A stretch of DNA of 62,829 bases, the filler included, from Basidiobolus ranarum (Eukaryota), in the NCBI GenBank assembly GCA_040143965.1. It is 19 parts of 19 records of this genome, joined end to end, with 100 filler letters (N's around TTAATTAATTAA, not from the genome) between each part and the next. Parts side by side here need not be neighbours in the genome. Positions count along the whole stretch, not along the records: positions 23,239 to 26,452 come from JASJQH010009520.1; positions 26,553 to 29,766 come from JASJQH010009521.1; positions 29,867 to 33,078 come from JASJQH010009522.1; positions 33,179 to 36,389 come from JASJQH010009523.1; 15 more parts are not named here. The stretch is one strand, 5' to 3'. The notes beneath the pieces were generated by a model. That model saw nothing but the letters and a program-made list of their open reading frames with translations, had not been told where the DNA came from and ran no database searches. Of this stretch, positions 23,239 to 36,489 are shown one piece after another (positions within the stretch are counted from its first letter, which is position 1; each line of letters begins with the position of its first letter). The position numbers and the translations under genes are program-made.

Positions 23239-26200
23239 TGTTGTAACAATTCTATTCAATTTTCCTACAGAAGGTTGTTCAATTGTGGGCAAAATAGCCA
23301 ATTTGGAAGTTGATGGTCTTAACAGTGTTTTGGTTGAACTTTGCTCAACTATTGATTTACTATGTAACTGGGGTATTACAGTCTCTTCACTTGCACAATT
23401 GCTGGACAGGAACACATCTGGTATATTGATTAGTGCTTCATCATTACTTGAGTTAGTTTCTGGCAGGTTAATACCTTCCAAAGTGGATAGTGAATTGCTA
23501 GACTGCTCATCAATTAGGTTCTCTGTTCTTGCTGGTTTTTTTCCTTTTGTGTCAGCAAGCTTTGGCTTGGAAGCCAATTTGATTTAGATTTTGAACACTT
23601 TTTGAATGGCATTGAAATTTTCAGATGTTAAACTTGGTGTATGAAATTGCTTAGTAACAGCTTATAATAAACCAAAATTGCCATCCTTTACTGGAAATAT
23701 CTTGTAAAACCCCTTTTGACTCATCTATGACACCATCTCAGAATCAGCTGATGCTATTAATGGGCTATACCTGAAATACCACCCTTATGTAAGCAGTGTT
23801 CTTTTTTCTACAATAGCCTTCTCAAGCCACAACACAAACATTTAAAGAAGCCCTGCTATTATTGTCACAAATTCTTGTGCTATGAAAGCCAGAGGCTTCA
23901 TAGAAAGAATAATCACAAGCATGGTCAATTTACAAAGCCACCAGCTGCACAAAGCCTGGTATTTACAACAGTAAAAAGTGCCCCAAATTGACTTTAGCCT
24001 TGCACATTGAGTCCACTGCTATACTTTGCCTCAAAGCTTTGGTAACACTTCCAAAAGTCAAGATACTGCGGAGTTACCACAGTTATATGCCCAGAATGAT
24101 GTAGGTAGAAATGCAACTTTGTTCAAACCAATAAGTCCAGACAACTTTGAGGACTTGCTGCCAGATGCTGGCCTTAGATATTCCAGTACTGATGGAAGTA
24201 TATCAGAAGTTCAAGAAGAAGATGATTATATTACAGACTCTTTGTTATCAGCAAACATTAGTCCACTCATACCACTTAATTTAAAGGAAGCAGCTTTGAT
24301 TATTGAGCAATGGAGAGTTTAATCCAATCTTAGCAACCAGGTCTTTATTGGTTTTCTTACACTTTTACCACAGTTGATTGGCAATTGTTGCTTGCCACAG
24401 ATGTGGTACAAGTGGAAAGCACTTGTCAATTGTATGACTTATTATTCATCAGTGATTAAAATACCTTCATGTGCAAATGGTTGTTTGGCTTTCACAGGTG
24501 ATCTGAAAAACCTGAAGTCATGTACTGTTTGCACACAATTGGCAATCACTGAATCAGGTAAATATTGTTCATATTTGGCTTACATACCGTTGATTCCCCA
24601 TCTTAAAGTTTTGATGAAATCACCCAAATATAGATCATTGATCCAATACCAAAGTACTCACCATAAAGCTGATGGTATTACCAATATACTTGATGGATAT
24701 AACTACCAGAATCTGAAAAGCCAATTTTCTTTGAAAACTTGTATGATCATGCATTTGCATTGGCTCTGGATGGTTTCTTGCTAAAAAAATATACAGTTGG
24801 AAAGTCTTGCTGGCCAATAATTTTAATCAACCACAATCTTCCTCCTTCTGAATGGTATAAGAGTTATCTTATTTTGATACCAGCCATCATATCTGGACCT
24901 AAATCACCAGTGCTTATAGATAGCTTCTTGGAGCCTTTGATTGCAGAATTTGAGTGGTTATATATTGGGGTTCTAATTGGTGAATATTTTATCAAAACTA
25001 ATATTCTTGTATGTATTGGTGACACTCCTGCCATCAGAAAACTTGGAGGTTTTCATGGGTATAATGCACTATCTTGCTGTAGAGTTTGTCAAATCCATGG
25101 AGTTTACTCTAACAGGCATATGCATTACTACTATCCAAATACAACACTAAACTTAATGACTTTACCATCAAGAGCCTGGTTAGATTTCAATATGATTACT
25201 GGTATCAATTCACCAAATAGTCAGTCTAACATCATACTTGGTATTAGCTGTAAGCTTGAGACTATATTGCTAACAAAGATCAGCTGGAGCCAGGGCTTCC
25301 CATTAGGCACTATACACTTACTATTCAACAACATTCCAATACAAATTACTCAGCTATATAGTTGAAAATTCAATAACAATGAGCCATTCCAGATGGGATC
25401 AAAGCTTGAATTGATTGGAAAAATGCCTGAAAACATCAAGATACCATCATATTCAAGTGTAATTTTGAAAAGATTTCTGCCTGATAGAGATTGGCAACAT
25501 TGGCAGTTGTTTGTCACTATTGTTAATATATTCTTATGGCATCAACTCACATTGGCAGATATCAGGAAAATAGAGCAACTGTGCATAATTTTGTAATTGG
25601 ATATGAAAAACTTTATTACAGGTTTAGAGAAGATAGACTGTATCTATGCTGGTATTCAATACATTCCCTACTGCTTCTTTCACAATGCTTTAAGATTATA
25701 GGCCTTTTCTATACATTCTGGGAGTTACCAATGGAGCACACCTGAGGTGAAATGATGCTCTGTGTGAAATCAACAGTAATACCTTATGCTAGTCTGATAA
25801 CAATGCATCAGCAAAAGCAGTGATGGATGTAATGTGATGGATTAAGGAGACTCCAAGTAAATTAACCTTCTAACAAAGAGCTCTTTTCAATGTGCTCATA
25901 GGTTTTTACATTTTATGTTCACAATAACAGCTACAAGGCCCAATCCATGGACACCAAGTAAGTACCTTGGTAATTTGGACTAATTTGTTTTTGTGATAAT
26001 CTGATGGTATTTTTAGGAAAGCTGCAAGACAGACTTCTTGGTTAGATAGATCAAGATATGCAGTATTATTGTTTTAGCCATAGGGTAATCTATTCAAGCA
26101 ATGACACATCTATTTGTGGCAGGACATTTGATGATGGCAAGTTGGGGATATATTGGCTGAATTATTTATGGACTTTTGTCAGAATCCAAGAGCTTATTCT

Positions 26201-26452
26201 CATTGTTAATGGTAACAAGAGTCAGCTGTTTGCTAAGTGTTGGTTCTATTCAAAATTTCAGATGTTTGACAGTTTTCCACTGTTAGTTTGCTGGTAAAGC
26301 ATATTGATGTTGTTGAGTAATGTCTAATTGGTCATGTATATGCATATGTAGAGACTAAACACAGCAAGATTCTTGTATTGTTTGATTCTCATTATGGCTG
26401 GAATACAAAGCCTAAAATATCTAAATAGAGGCATGCATATTAATTTGAATTC
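23239..26452. mobile_element. CMC transposon copy: ORF-A 5' part (-) and near-complete decayed transposase (+), with probable intron 25958-26016
   Basis: ALDGF, GDTPA, CCRVC, LGTIH, W.LPME motifs. The GTAAGT..CTAAT..TAG intron is also seen in other copies. Confidence 0.9.
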
Positions 26453-26869
26453 NNNNNNNNNNNNNNNNNNNNNNNNNNNNNNNNNNNNNNNNNNNNTTAA
26501 TTAATTAANNNNNNNNNNNNNNNNNNNNNNNNNNNNNNNNNNNNNNNNNNNNGGAAAGTATAGAGGAAAATCAATTTGTGGGCCTCAATCAAAGTTAGGC
26601 AAAGTAGTCAAAATCTTGATTAATTCTCAATACATCCATACTCAAAGATATCCATTGAGAGCTTTAGCCTTAAGACACTATGAATAAAGCTTTCATTATC
26701 TTTTGAATGTGCAATAATGTCTAAAAGTGCTTTTCTTAAACATACCACATAGGTAAAATAAACTGTTTCCAAAATGGTAAATAACATCGTGCCGGATAGT
26801 GCCCAATCATGCCAATTTGTGCTGGCACACTTTTTACCTGGCCTGATCTGGCTCAATAAAATGGAACAA

Positions 26870-29766
26870 GTCTATTTGTGTTTCATTGAATTGAAGATGT
26901 TCTATCTATAGTTTACTATAAAATAGTACTGTTGGACATGCTTAGATTATAAAAAACATGCCAGTACAGCATGGGTGAAAATTTCAAGTGATCAGGAGAA
27001 TTTTTGACAAAATAGTGAAAATTGATAAAAGTGAACTAATACATTTTCTATCTATTACAGCAACATGCTCCTAATTTTGAATGGCAGAATTAGTTGCTAA
27101 ATAATTGGAATATGAATAAACTAACTACTCAATAATGAGTAGCTATTCAACCTTTTTGAGCATTTCCTCCCTACTCATTATTTTGTATTCTTCTTGAATC
27201 TAACATATATCTGAATAACTCACATTGAGCTGTTGCTAATTGCTGATTAGGAGCATTTGTTTACCACAGATCTGGTACCAGTGAAAGACAAATGTTAATT
27301 GGATCAGATATAATTCTTCAGTAATTGAACCAGCTTCAAGTCGAGATGGCAGCTAGGCTCTCACCAGCAATCAGAAAGGCCCATAGTCATATATGCCAAA
27401 AGTGCTTACAGGATTTGGATTTGTGAATTAGAAACTTAATTTAATTGAATTGAATATGTCCTATTTAGAGCTTACTATGAGGTATAACTATTGGACATGC
27501 TTAGATCTTAACAAACATGCCTGTTAAGCATGGGTGAAAATTTGAGGTGGTTTGGAGAAGTTTTGAGAAAATAGAGCAAATTGGTAAAAGCAATCTTGTT
27601 GATATTTCTATCAATTAGAGCAATAAACACATGTTTTTGGATGGCAAAACTGAGTTCTATATAATCAGAATATGATTAAACTAGCTACTAAATAATGAGT
27701 GGCCATTTACCTAAATTTAACATACCCACTCAAGTAATTAGTATATATTTCTCCTAAACCTTACTTATTTCCTGATAATTCCAATTGTACTTTAGCTAAA
27801 GGTTTAGTTATGATGTCAGCAATTATTTCTTCAGTAGGGCAATAGATAAGTTCAGTTACATTATTCTCTATTGCTTCTCTAACAAAATGATGCTTATTAT
27901 ATATATGTTTTGTTCAAGCATAGAGTGTAGGGTTTTTAGCTAATGAAATACAAATTTGATTAACTTCAGGTACAGTAATAGGATGTTTTTGCATGTATCC
28001 AAGGTCTGTAAATAACTTCCCTAACCACATAGCTTCTTGTTTGATAGCAGAGGCAGCCTTATACTGTGCTTCTGTAATGGAAAGTGCAAAAGTTGGTCGC
28101 TTCCTACTATTTCAAGTTATGGCTCCATTACCATAGAGAAGAGTGCACCTAGTTGTTGATCTTCTATCATCAAGGTTTTTTCCCCAGTCTTCAACACTAT
28201 AGCCTTAAACATTTTGTGCATCAGGAGTGGCAGAGTATTCCAGAATTAAATCAACAGTACCTCTCAAATACTTGGATATTTGTTCTACTGGAGTTTTGTG
28301 CTCAGATCCTGGATTTTTTGAGATATTGGCTGACAGTTCACACTTCCATAGCAATGTCTGGAAATGTTCCAAATATTGAATACATTAAACTACCCACCAT
28401 GGGTTCATAAAGGAACTCCTATCTTTGCTTTGAGTCATGTTGGGTCAAATGGGATGAAATTTTGATTAATTTAACATCAAGATCCAGAGGTGTTGATACA
28501 GGCTTGCTGTTTACCATGTTGAAGCATTTTTGCGCTGTAGTTTGGCATTAAGCTGCACAACCAAAGATCCTGAGATGATCCACACTTGGTTTTGATCCAT
28601 ATAGGGCTTCAAATGGAGTGGAATGTTATATCAATCTTGTAATGCATCTGTTTTTAATATAGACTGCAGGGGAGACAGATTCAGCCCAGTATTGGTAACA
28701 TAATTTTTGATGGTGTAACATTGATCTAGCCATCTCCACTATGGTCCTATTAGCACATTCTGCAACTCCATTTTGCTGTGGAGTTTAACGTTTAGTTGTT
28801 TATTGCTTAATTCCATGCCTTAAACAAAAACTAGCAAAGTCTTTAGAGAAGTTTCTCCACCATTATCACTCCTTAGAACCCTTAGTTTTCTGTGCTGATT
28901 CTTTCTCAACCATTCCTTTGTATTGCTTGAATGTTGCTCAGCTTCATAGTTTCATTTGAGAGAGAATATTCAAGTATATCTTGTTTTGTCAGCAATAAAG
29001 GTCATAAAGTGCTTTTTCCCACCTGGTGAGAAGTTTCTGATAGGCCCCTATAGATCAGAATAATCAGGGCAAGATTTGGATTGGATTTGGTCTCTCCTCC
29101 ACTTGAAAATGGTTGTCTGTTATGTTTTCCATATATGAAACCTTCACCCAAATCCAATTTATTGATATTTTTAATTTCTAAGCCTCAAACAAGCAGATTG
29201 TGGATTATTTGGGTCAGTTTTTGTTCTCCAAGGTGGCCTAATCTTCTATGCCATGTTTGACAGCTTATTTCACTGGTTTTGGCCAAGTTTGCATGCTCCA
29301 AATGTAATTTGTTGATTTCTAGCTGGTATAAGTTTGGAGTTTTGATCCCAGTAGCTAATTTGGTATTATGCTGGTCTTTGAGAGTGCATTCAGCCTTGCT
29401 GAACACAAAATCTAGTCCTTGAGTTGTTACTTGGCTTACTGGTACATTGAGTCCATCATCTAATTGTGCAGATGGTGTAGCTGAATTTTGATCTGTATTC
29501 AGTACAACTGTGCCCTTGACAGCTGTATCTGGTGCATAGTCTTAACCTAGGTAGAATTTCCTTGTTTGGATTGGTTTTAGGCTAGAAAACCAATCTTTCT
29601 TGTTTGACATATGCTAAGAAGCTCATGAATCAATGTACCACTTTCCTGAGTCTTCTTTAGTGGTTACTGATGGGCAGACACATTTAGATGATCCCTATCA
29701 GTGCTCACTTGATTTGCTTGTTCCAGTTTTTGCTTTTGGGCAAAAATCCTTTTTCTGGAATCTTTG
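26870..29766 (-). mobile_element. Copia family B: decayed internal region, LTR 27390-27722, PBS, short internal segment, second LTR about 26870-27162
   Basis: WHRRLGHLG plus RT and RNase H remnants. Both LTRs match 62557-62829. Confidence 0.85.
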
Positions 29767-29866
29767 NNNNNNNNNNNNNNNNNNNNNNNNNNNNNNNNNN
29801 NNNNNNNNNNTTAATTAATTAANNNNNNNNNNNNNNNNNNNNNNNNNNNNNNNNNNNNNNNNNNNN

Positions 29867-30155
29867 AGGAATTGGATATGATGACATATGTGAATGGTGT
29901 CAAGAAACTTGCCCAACAACGGAAATCAATAAATTGTGAGCTACCTGAAATGGATATAATTCTTACCATGAGTAGGGGTCTCCCTGAATCCTATTCAGCC
30001 CTAGTACTCACTTTAGAAGCAATTAGGGATCAGTTTGCTTGGCACTATTTTGTTGCTTGTCCATGTCAAGAAAAACTCAAAAGGAAAGACAAAAGTCAGA
30101 TTGCAGATGAAACAAAAACTACACAAGCATTTTATTCTCAAAATAGCCAATCAAA
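29867..30155 (+). mobile_element. Copia gag fragment
   Basis: YVNGVKKLAQQ...IILTMSRGLPESYSALVLTLE (Retrotran_gag_2-like). Confidence 0.75.
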
Positions 30156-31675
30156 TTTTTTGGTTTCAGGAGTGAAGCTTCAAGATCATGCAAAATAGTT
30201 GCACAAGGTTGGCTATAATCTTGGAGAAATATGGATCAACACATGTGCAAAAAACATAACTCAAATTTTACATATTTACCATTTGAATGCTAATTAGTCA
30301 CCTTTGAAATCCCTAGTTTCTTTGATATATTCTCCCATTTATTTTTATAGAGTTCTTCATACTCAAGGTTTAGCTCATATCCAAGATAAGTTTGTATGAA
30401 TATCTCTATCAAAGCCCACTGTTGAATTAATGTTGCCAAATAAATATTCTTCCAGCTACCTGGTGAATACCTGGCAATATTGTGCCACTCTGTATTAAGT
30501 TCTTCCCTGATATCTGCATGATCAATAGCAGACTGAATGTCAAGTATGAAGTTTTTCTTCTGAAGCCACTTCCTGCATACTTGGACCATGTGTTTTCCTT
30601 CATACTTTTGAAAATACTGCTCAAGCACATTTACTATTTTACATGTCTTTGTAGTGTGACACTACTGACAGTGCTTTGTGGTATTCATGTGGCTGTTTGC
30701 TTGCCTTTAAGTCTGGGGCTAGTTTCAACAATTGGAAATGTAGCAGTCGAGGTTGGAGAGCCATGAGTTTTATTATTTGGCTTATTGAGAGGCACCAGGT
30801 GTTGGATTAACATACAAAATTAGCACTCTTCCAACCAGTGTACTGGGTTCAATGGTAAAGTTAAGCCTGTTTGCCAGTATATCTGACTCCGGAAATACAG
30901 GTCTTTGTAATAGTGTGACAAATTTTGGTAAGTGGGACAGTAAAGCCCATAGTCACTGGCTCCTTTACTTCTCCCTTGTGCTTACTTGCTTCCTGCTCCT
31001 TGAGTACTTCTTTAGCTGCTATTCTTTTGTTTCTAGAGCAATTATTGTATACATTTTTGAGATGTTTCATAAATAGGCATATACCAGCCCAATTGCCTTT
31101 TGCTTGCAAAAGCCAAGGACAAGCCACATGAAATAAGTTAAGAACCTTCAGAGTAATGCCTGGTTTTTTTTTCCACAACTTGGGTAAAATCAAGGTGATT
31201 TTGGGCAAGATTCCACAGAGTTTGCAAAATGTTAAATCTCTCACCATCAGAGCAAATGAAGGCAGCTCTGACATTCAGAGTCTTTTGGTATGCTGGCTTT
31301 CCTATGAGATTTCAACTTTCATATGCCTGTCAATTTTGGGTGGTTGTGTGGGCTTAATGGTCCAACACATATTCTGCTCTGCTAGATTGTCACTGTGATG
31401 CTCATATGGGTAATGTGGTATTGATTGAAATCCCATGTGAGAATGGACAGAGGGAGCGGCTTATTGCTGTAGATCAAGTATAGCATTCTGAAGGACTTAA
31501 ATCATTGTTGAGTAACTCTCTAACTGTTGACTAGTAACCTAAGAATGCTGCATTAATTGCAATATTATGGTGTTATTTTTTGTCATATCCTGGATAGCAA
31601 CTTTGCAACTTTTACCTATGATTGCATGCCATTAATTATAGAGTTTTTCCTAAAATACGCTTGTTGCAATATATC
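30156..31675 (-). mobile_element. CMC ORF-A central and C-terminal part plus partial left end
   Basis: Homologous to 61115-62556 and 35500-36275. Ends LGISKVTN*. Confidence 0.85.
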
Positions 31676-32570
31676 TATCCAAATTTTCTACCAAGTGGTG
31701 ATTGATAGTTTTGGCAAGTGTCATTAAACATATTAGATAAGAAGATCTTGGGTTCAGGAGTTGGATTTACAGGATAGTTGTGTAGAGCTGGATTTTGTAC
31801 TTGTGCAAAAGAAGCACACAGTTCTTGATTTTCTTGTTGGAACTGAGCAAGGGCTTGCATGATATTTTCCATTGTGGGGGCTGGTGTAGACATGATACTT
31901 ACTATGCAGGGGGGGATGTTTCAAAGCCCCAAGTTTTTTTAGGAGTGCAAATAACAATGCAATGTTCACATTTCTGCTGAAGAGATGATAGTGACTTGAC
32001 AAAAGAATATGCTGGTACCAATATCATTGGATTTTGATCAAATACCACAGCATCTTGGATCAAAAACAACTCTAAGCTGAACCAGTAGTGTCTTGACACA
32101 GATGCATTTATAGCAATTATCCAAAGATGGAAGGTACCTTTGCCTTAGCAGTAAAGCTTGGGAAAGATGGGTAATAAGAGGGAAGCCAATTTTATGGGGC
32201 TTCAAGGTTGGAGAACTGGGATACAGAAAGGTCAACAGTCAAGTGTAATTAGTCCAATCAAAATGTTGCAATAAGGAACTGGACAAGAACTGGAAGTAGA
32301 GACAAGATGTTAGAAAGCCGGAGAGTACTTGGGTGTAGACCACATATCAAGACAAGACAAGACAGGACAAGCAAGATACTTTGGCCAGAATCTTCATTAA
32401 TAACTTGCATTGATCAGACCTCAGACTGATCAAGGAAAACAGCAAGCTTATATAGATATTGCAGGGTGAAAATTAATACACTGAATAGGGAATATATTGT
32501 TGCAAGTTCAAGTAGCTGGGTGCTGGGGACTACAAGGACAGATGCAAAGGTGGATAGTGTCTGGCTGATG
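31676..32570 (-). mobile_element. Ty3/gypsy 5' region: probable LTR/leader and gag start (31893)
   Basis: MENIMQALAQFQQENQEL...PEPKIFLSNMFND resembles the chromovirus/PEG10-type gag EPKI.LP.KF.G. Confidence 0.65.
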
Positions 32571-32577
32571 GAATCTC

Positions 32578-33024
32578 TCATTTCCTGGGGCAAATGAGGA
32601 TTAAGTAGTTTCTTTTATAATGCTTAAGTATTCCTATGTTGCTGTTAATGTTGCTGGCTACTGCTTCATAGTTTCTGATACAATAAGCTAAAGCAATGCT
32701 TAGGTTGTAAGCAATCTCCAAATCATTGAGTGTAGGTAGGTCTTCATCTTGCTGAAATTCTTTTAAGATAGCTTTTTCTGCATCTGTCCACAACGGTGTT
32801 GCAAGAGACTTGATCTTGAAGCAGTTGAGTGTTCTTAGTTCCTTGGATATTTGGTTCTCTGATATGATGAGAAATAATTGAATTTTTTTCTTATCAGTGA
32901 TTTCCAGAATATCACAAACTTCATTAAATTCTGACAGATGTTGAAGTACATCAGAACCAGTGAATTTGTTGGGCATTAATTGCTGAAAGCAAGAAATGGT
33001 TTCAGTAATTGCTTGTACAGGCAT
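32578..33024 (-). mobile_element. Gag-like remnant of another retroelement
   Basis: KFTGSDVLQHLSEFNEVC...W...K.IL..F pattern; CpG-depleted. Confidence 0.5.
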
Positions 33025-33178
33025 TGTGAAATAAGGAGAGAGATATAAAGTGTTTGACTGATTTAGAATAAGAATGAANNNNNNNNNNNNNNNNNNNNNN
33101 NNNNNNNNNNNNNNNNNNNNNNTTAATTAATTAANNNNNNNNNNNNNNNNNNNNNNNNNNNNNNNNNNNNNNNNNNNN

Positions 33179-36100
33179 GATGTTGTTGAGTTATGTCTGA
33201 TCAGTCAAGTATTTGCATATGTAAAGACTAAACACAACAAGATTCTTGTATTTTTTGATTTTCATTATGGCTGGAATACAAAGGCTGAAATATCTCAATA
33301 AAGGCATGCATATTAATTCAAATTCCCACAGCAGTAAACCCAGTAATTTGCAATTCAAAAATTAGATGTTTGTCAAAGATCCAAGAAATTAAATAATGCA
33401 TGACAAATATGAGGATCAGAAATTTAACATGTATGAATACCAACAAAGTGTGGTCAGGAAACCACCATCACACCATCAAAATACCTGGCAGAATGCAAGC
33501 CATCAATATTGTGACGGTTCTTTGATGGTTTTGTGATCTAGAAGGGTGGATCCAATCTGGATCAAATTGATTTTTTTTTTGGGTACTGGTAGAGTAAACT
33601 CCATTGATATAACAAAATCCACAGCAAGATAGTAAATTGTGCCTGCAAAAACCAACTTTACTGATGGCAGCAGTGTCACCATTAAATACAATGATATTAG
33701 GTTTAAAAAAATAATCACCCATCTAAACCCCTATAGATTACCATTTAAATTCTGCTATCAAAGGCTCCAGGAAGGTATCCACAAGTATTGGTGATCAAGG
33801 CGCAAATATGAGGGATAATATCAAAAAATGATGACTCTTATACCATTGAAGAGGAAGATTTATGTTAATTGAAATAGTGGCCAGCAAGCCTGTCCAATGG
33901 TATATTTGTGTACTGAGAAACCATCTAGAGCCAATGCAAATGAATGATCATGTGTGTTCTCAAAGAAACCTTGACTTTTCAGATTCTGGTAGTGATATCC
34001 ACCAAGTATATTGATAATACCATCAACTTTACAATGACTACCTTGGTAATGCCTCAAGGATCTTTATTTGGGTGCTTTTATCAAATCTTTCACACAGGGA
34101 ATCAACAGTATGCATGCCAAATATGAATAATATTTACCTAATTCAGTGATTGTAAATTGTGTGCAAACAGTACATGACTTCACTTTTTTCAGATCACCAT
34201 TGAAAGCCAAACAACCATTTGGACCCAAAGGTAGCTTAATTACCAAAGATTTATAAGTCACATGATTGACAAGTGTTTTACACTTGTACCAGGTCTGTGG
34301 TAAGCAACAGTTGCCAATCAACTGTGATATAAGTGCAAGAAAACCAATAAACACCTGGTTGCTATGATTGTATTGAACTCTTCACTGCTGAGTAATCAAA
34401 GCTGCTTCCTTTACTGGAGGTGTTATGAGTGGCCTAATATTTGTCAATAGCAAAGAGTCTGTAACAAAACCATGATCTTCTTCTTCATCTTCCTCTTCTG
34501 ATATACTACTCTCTGTATGGGAATAATCATAGTTAACATATGGCAGCATTTCCCCAAAGTTGTCTGGACTTACTGGTTTGACCAAAGTTGAAGTTCTATC
34601 AATATTTTTCCAGTCATATAACTGTGATAAATCCACAGTATCTGAACTTCAAGCAGTTTCACCACAACATAGAGGTAAAGCACAGCTAGTGCACTCAGTG
34701 GGCAAAACTAAAGTCAATCTTGAGCACTTGCTGCTATTGATACTCACCAGGCTCTGTGTAGCTGGTGGTTTTGTACAATGACTGTGCTTGTGATTGTTTT
34801 TCAAAAAGCCTCCAGCTTTCTTTGTGTAATAATATGTGACAAAACTAGCCAGGCTTCTTTAAACAATTGTGTTGTGGCATAAGAAGCATATGTGGAAAGA
34901 AGAAACCTGCTATATCAATGTGGAGTTTTAGATACATCCCATCAATATCAGCAGCTGATTCTGAGATGTCATCTCAGATGAGTCATCAGGGGATTTACAG
35001 ACATTTCTGGAAATGGATGGCAATTTTGGCTCAGCATTAGCTGTTTCTAAACAAGTTCAGTACAGCAAGTTTACCATCTGTAAATCTCAATGCCAGTCAA
35101 AAAGCATAAAAAATTGAAATCAAAATTGGCTTCCTAGCAAAAGCCTGCTAGCACAAAAGGAAAAAACCAGCAAGAACAGAGCACTTAATTAATAAGTGGT
35201 GTAGTAATCCACTATTCACTATAGAAAGCATTAACATGTAGGAATCTAACTCAAGTAATAATGAAGCATATATTGATTTACCAGATTTGTTCCTTTGCAG
35301 CTCCAGTGCAAGTGAAGAGATTGTAGTTTCCCAATTACATAGTAAAACAATACTTCAAAAATGTTCAACAGAAACACCCCCTGACAGAAATTTGAGGATT
35401 GTTATGCTAGGAAAACTATCACAATTTTAATCCATTTTGGATTGACCATTTACTCACCATTGTAAAATCATCAAATTAAATCTGATTTTGATCAATTGTT
35501 TCAGTTTCAGGAGTGAAATTACAAGATCATGCAAAATTGTTGCACATGATTGGCTAAAATCTCAGAGAACTTTGGATCCACAGATGTCCAAAAAACATAA
35601 CTCAAATTTTACACATTTACTACTTGAACACTAATTTGTCACCTTCAAAATCCCTAGTTTCTTTGATATATTCTCTTGAATTTTTTATAGAATTTTTCTT
35701 GCCAAAGGTTTAGCTAAATTCTAATGCAGGTCTGTATCAATATCTCCATCAAAGCCCATTATTGTATCAACATTGCTGAATCAACATTCTTCCAGCTATC
35801 TGGCAGATACCCTGCACTATTGTGCTGCTCTGTATTAAGTTCTTCCCAGATATCTGCACAGTCAAGACAAGACTGAATGTCAAGTATAATGTTCTTCTTC
35901 TGAAACCACTTTCTGATATACTTGCACTGTGCTTTTCCTTTTATATTTTGGAAATTCTCCTCAAGCAATTTTTTTGTAAATCCTTGTGATTTGATACTAC
36001 TGAGAGTGCTTTGTAGTGATTTTGCAGCTTTTTGCTTGCCTTTATGTTTGGGGCCAATTTCAACACTTTGAAGAGGACAAATTAAGGTTCAAGAGCTTTG

Positions 36101-36275
36101 AGTTTTATTTGCTGGTGTTTTGGCTTGGTTTAGGGTGCCAGGTATTGGATAAACACTCAAATTTAGCACTCTACCAACTGGTGTACCTGGTTCCATGGTA
36201 GAATTAAGCCTTTTTGCCAGTATATCTGACTCTGGAAATAGAGATCTGTGCAATGGTGTGTAGAATTTGCTAGTG
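33179..36275. mobile_element. Three nested CMC copies: right end 33179-33583(+), internal copy 33584-35378, left end plus ORF-A 3' part 35379-36275
   Basis: Termini ...TTTTGGG at 33583 and CCCTGACAGAAAT at 35379 interrupt the host copy. Confidence 0.85.
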
Positions 36276-36489
36276 ATCAAAGTGTTTAGGGGATTTGGAA
36301 GTGTTTTGGACAAGATTTGGATTTGTGAATTAGACACTTAAGGTTTATTGAATTGAATATGTCCTATTTATAGTTTACTATGAAATAGANNNNNNNNNNN
36401 NNNNNNNNNNNNNNNNNNNNNNNNNNNNNNNNNTTAATTAATTAANNNNNNNNNNNNNNNNNNNNNNNNNNNNNNNNNNNNNNNNNNNN

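Noticed and set aside
31905-31925. AGGGGGGGA-TGT as PPT plus LTR start, or a self-priming PBS
   Set aside because: I found no second copy or complementary partner to define the LTR boundaries.
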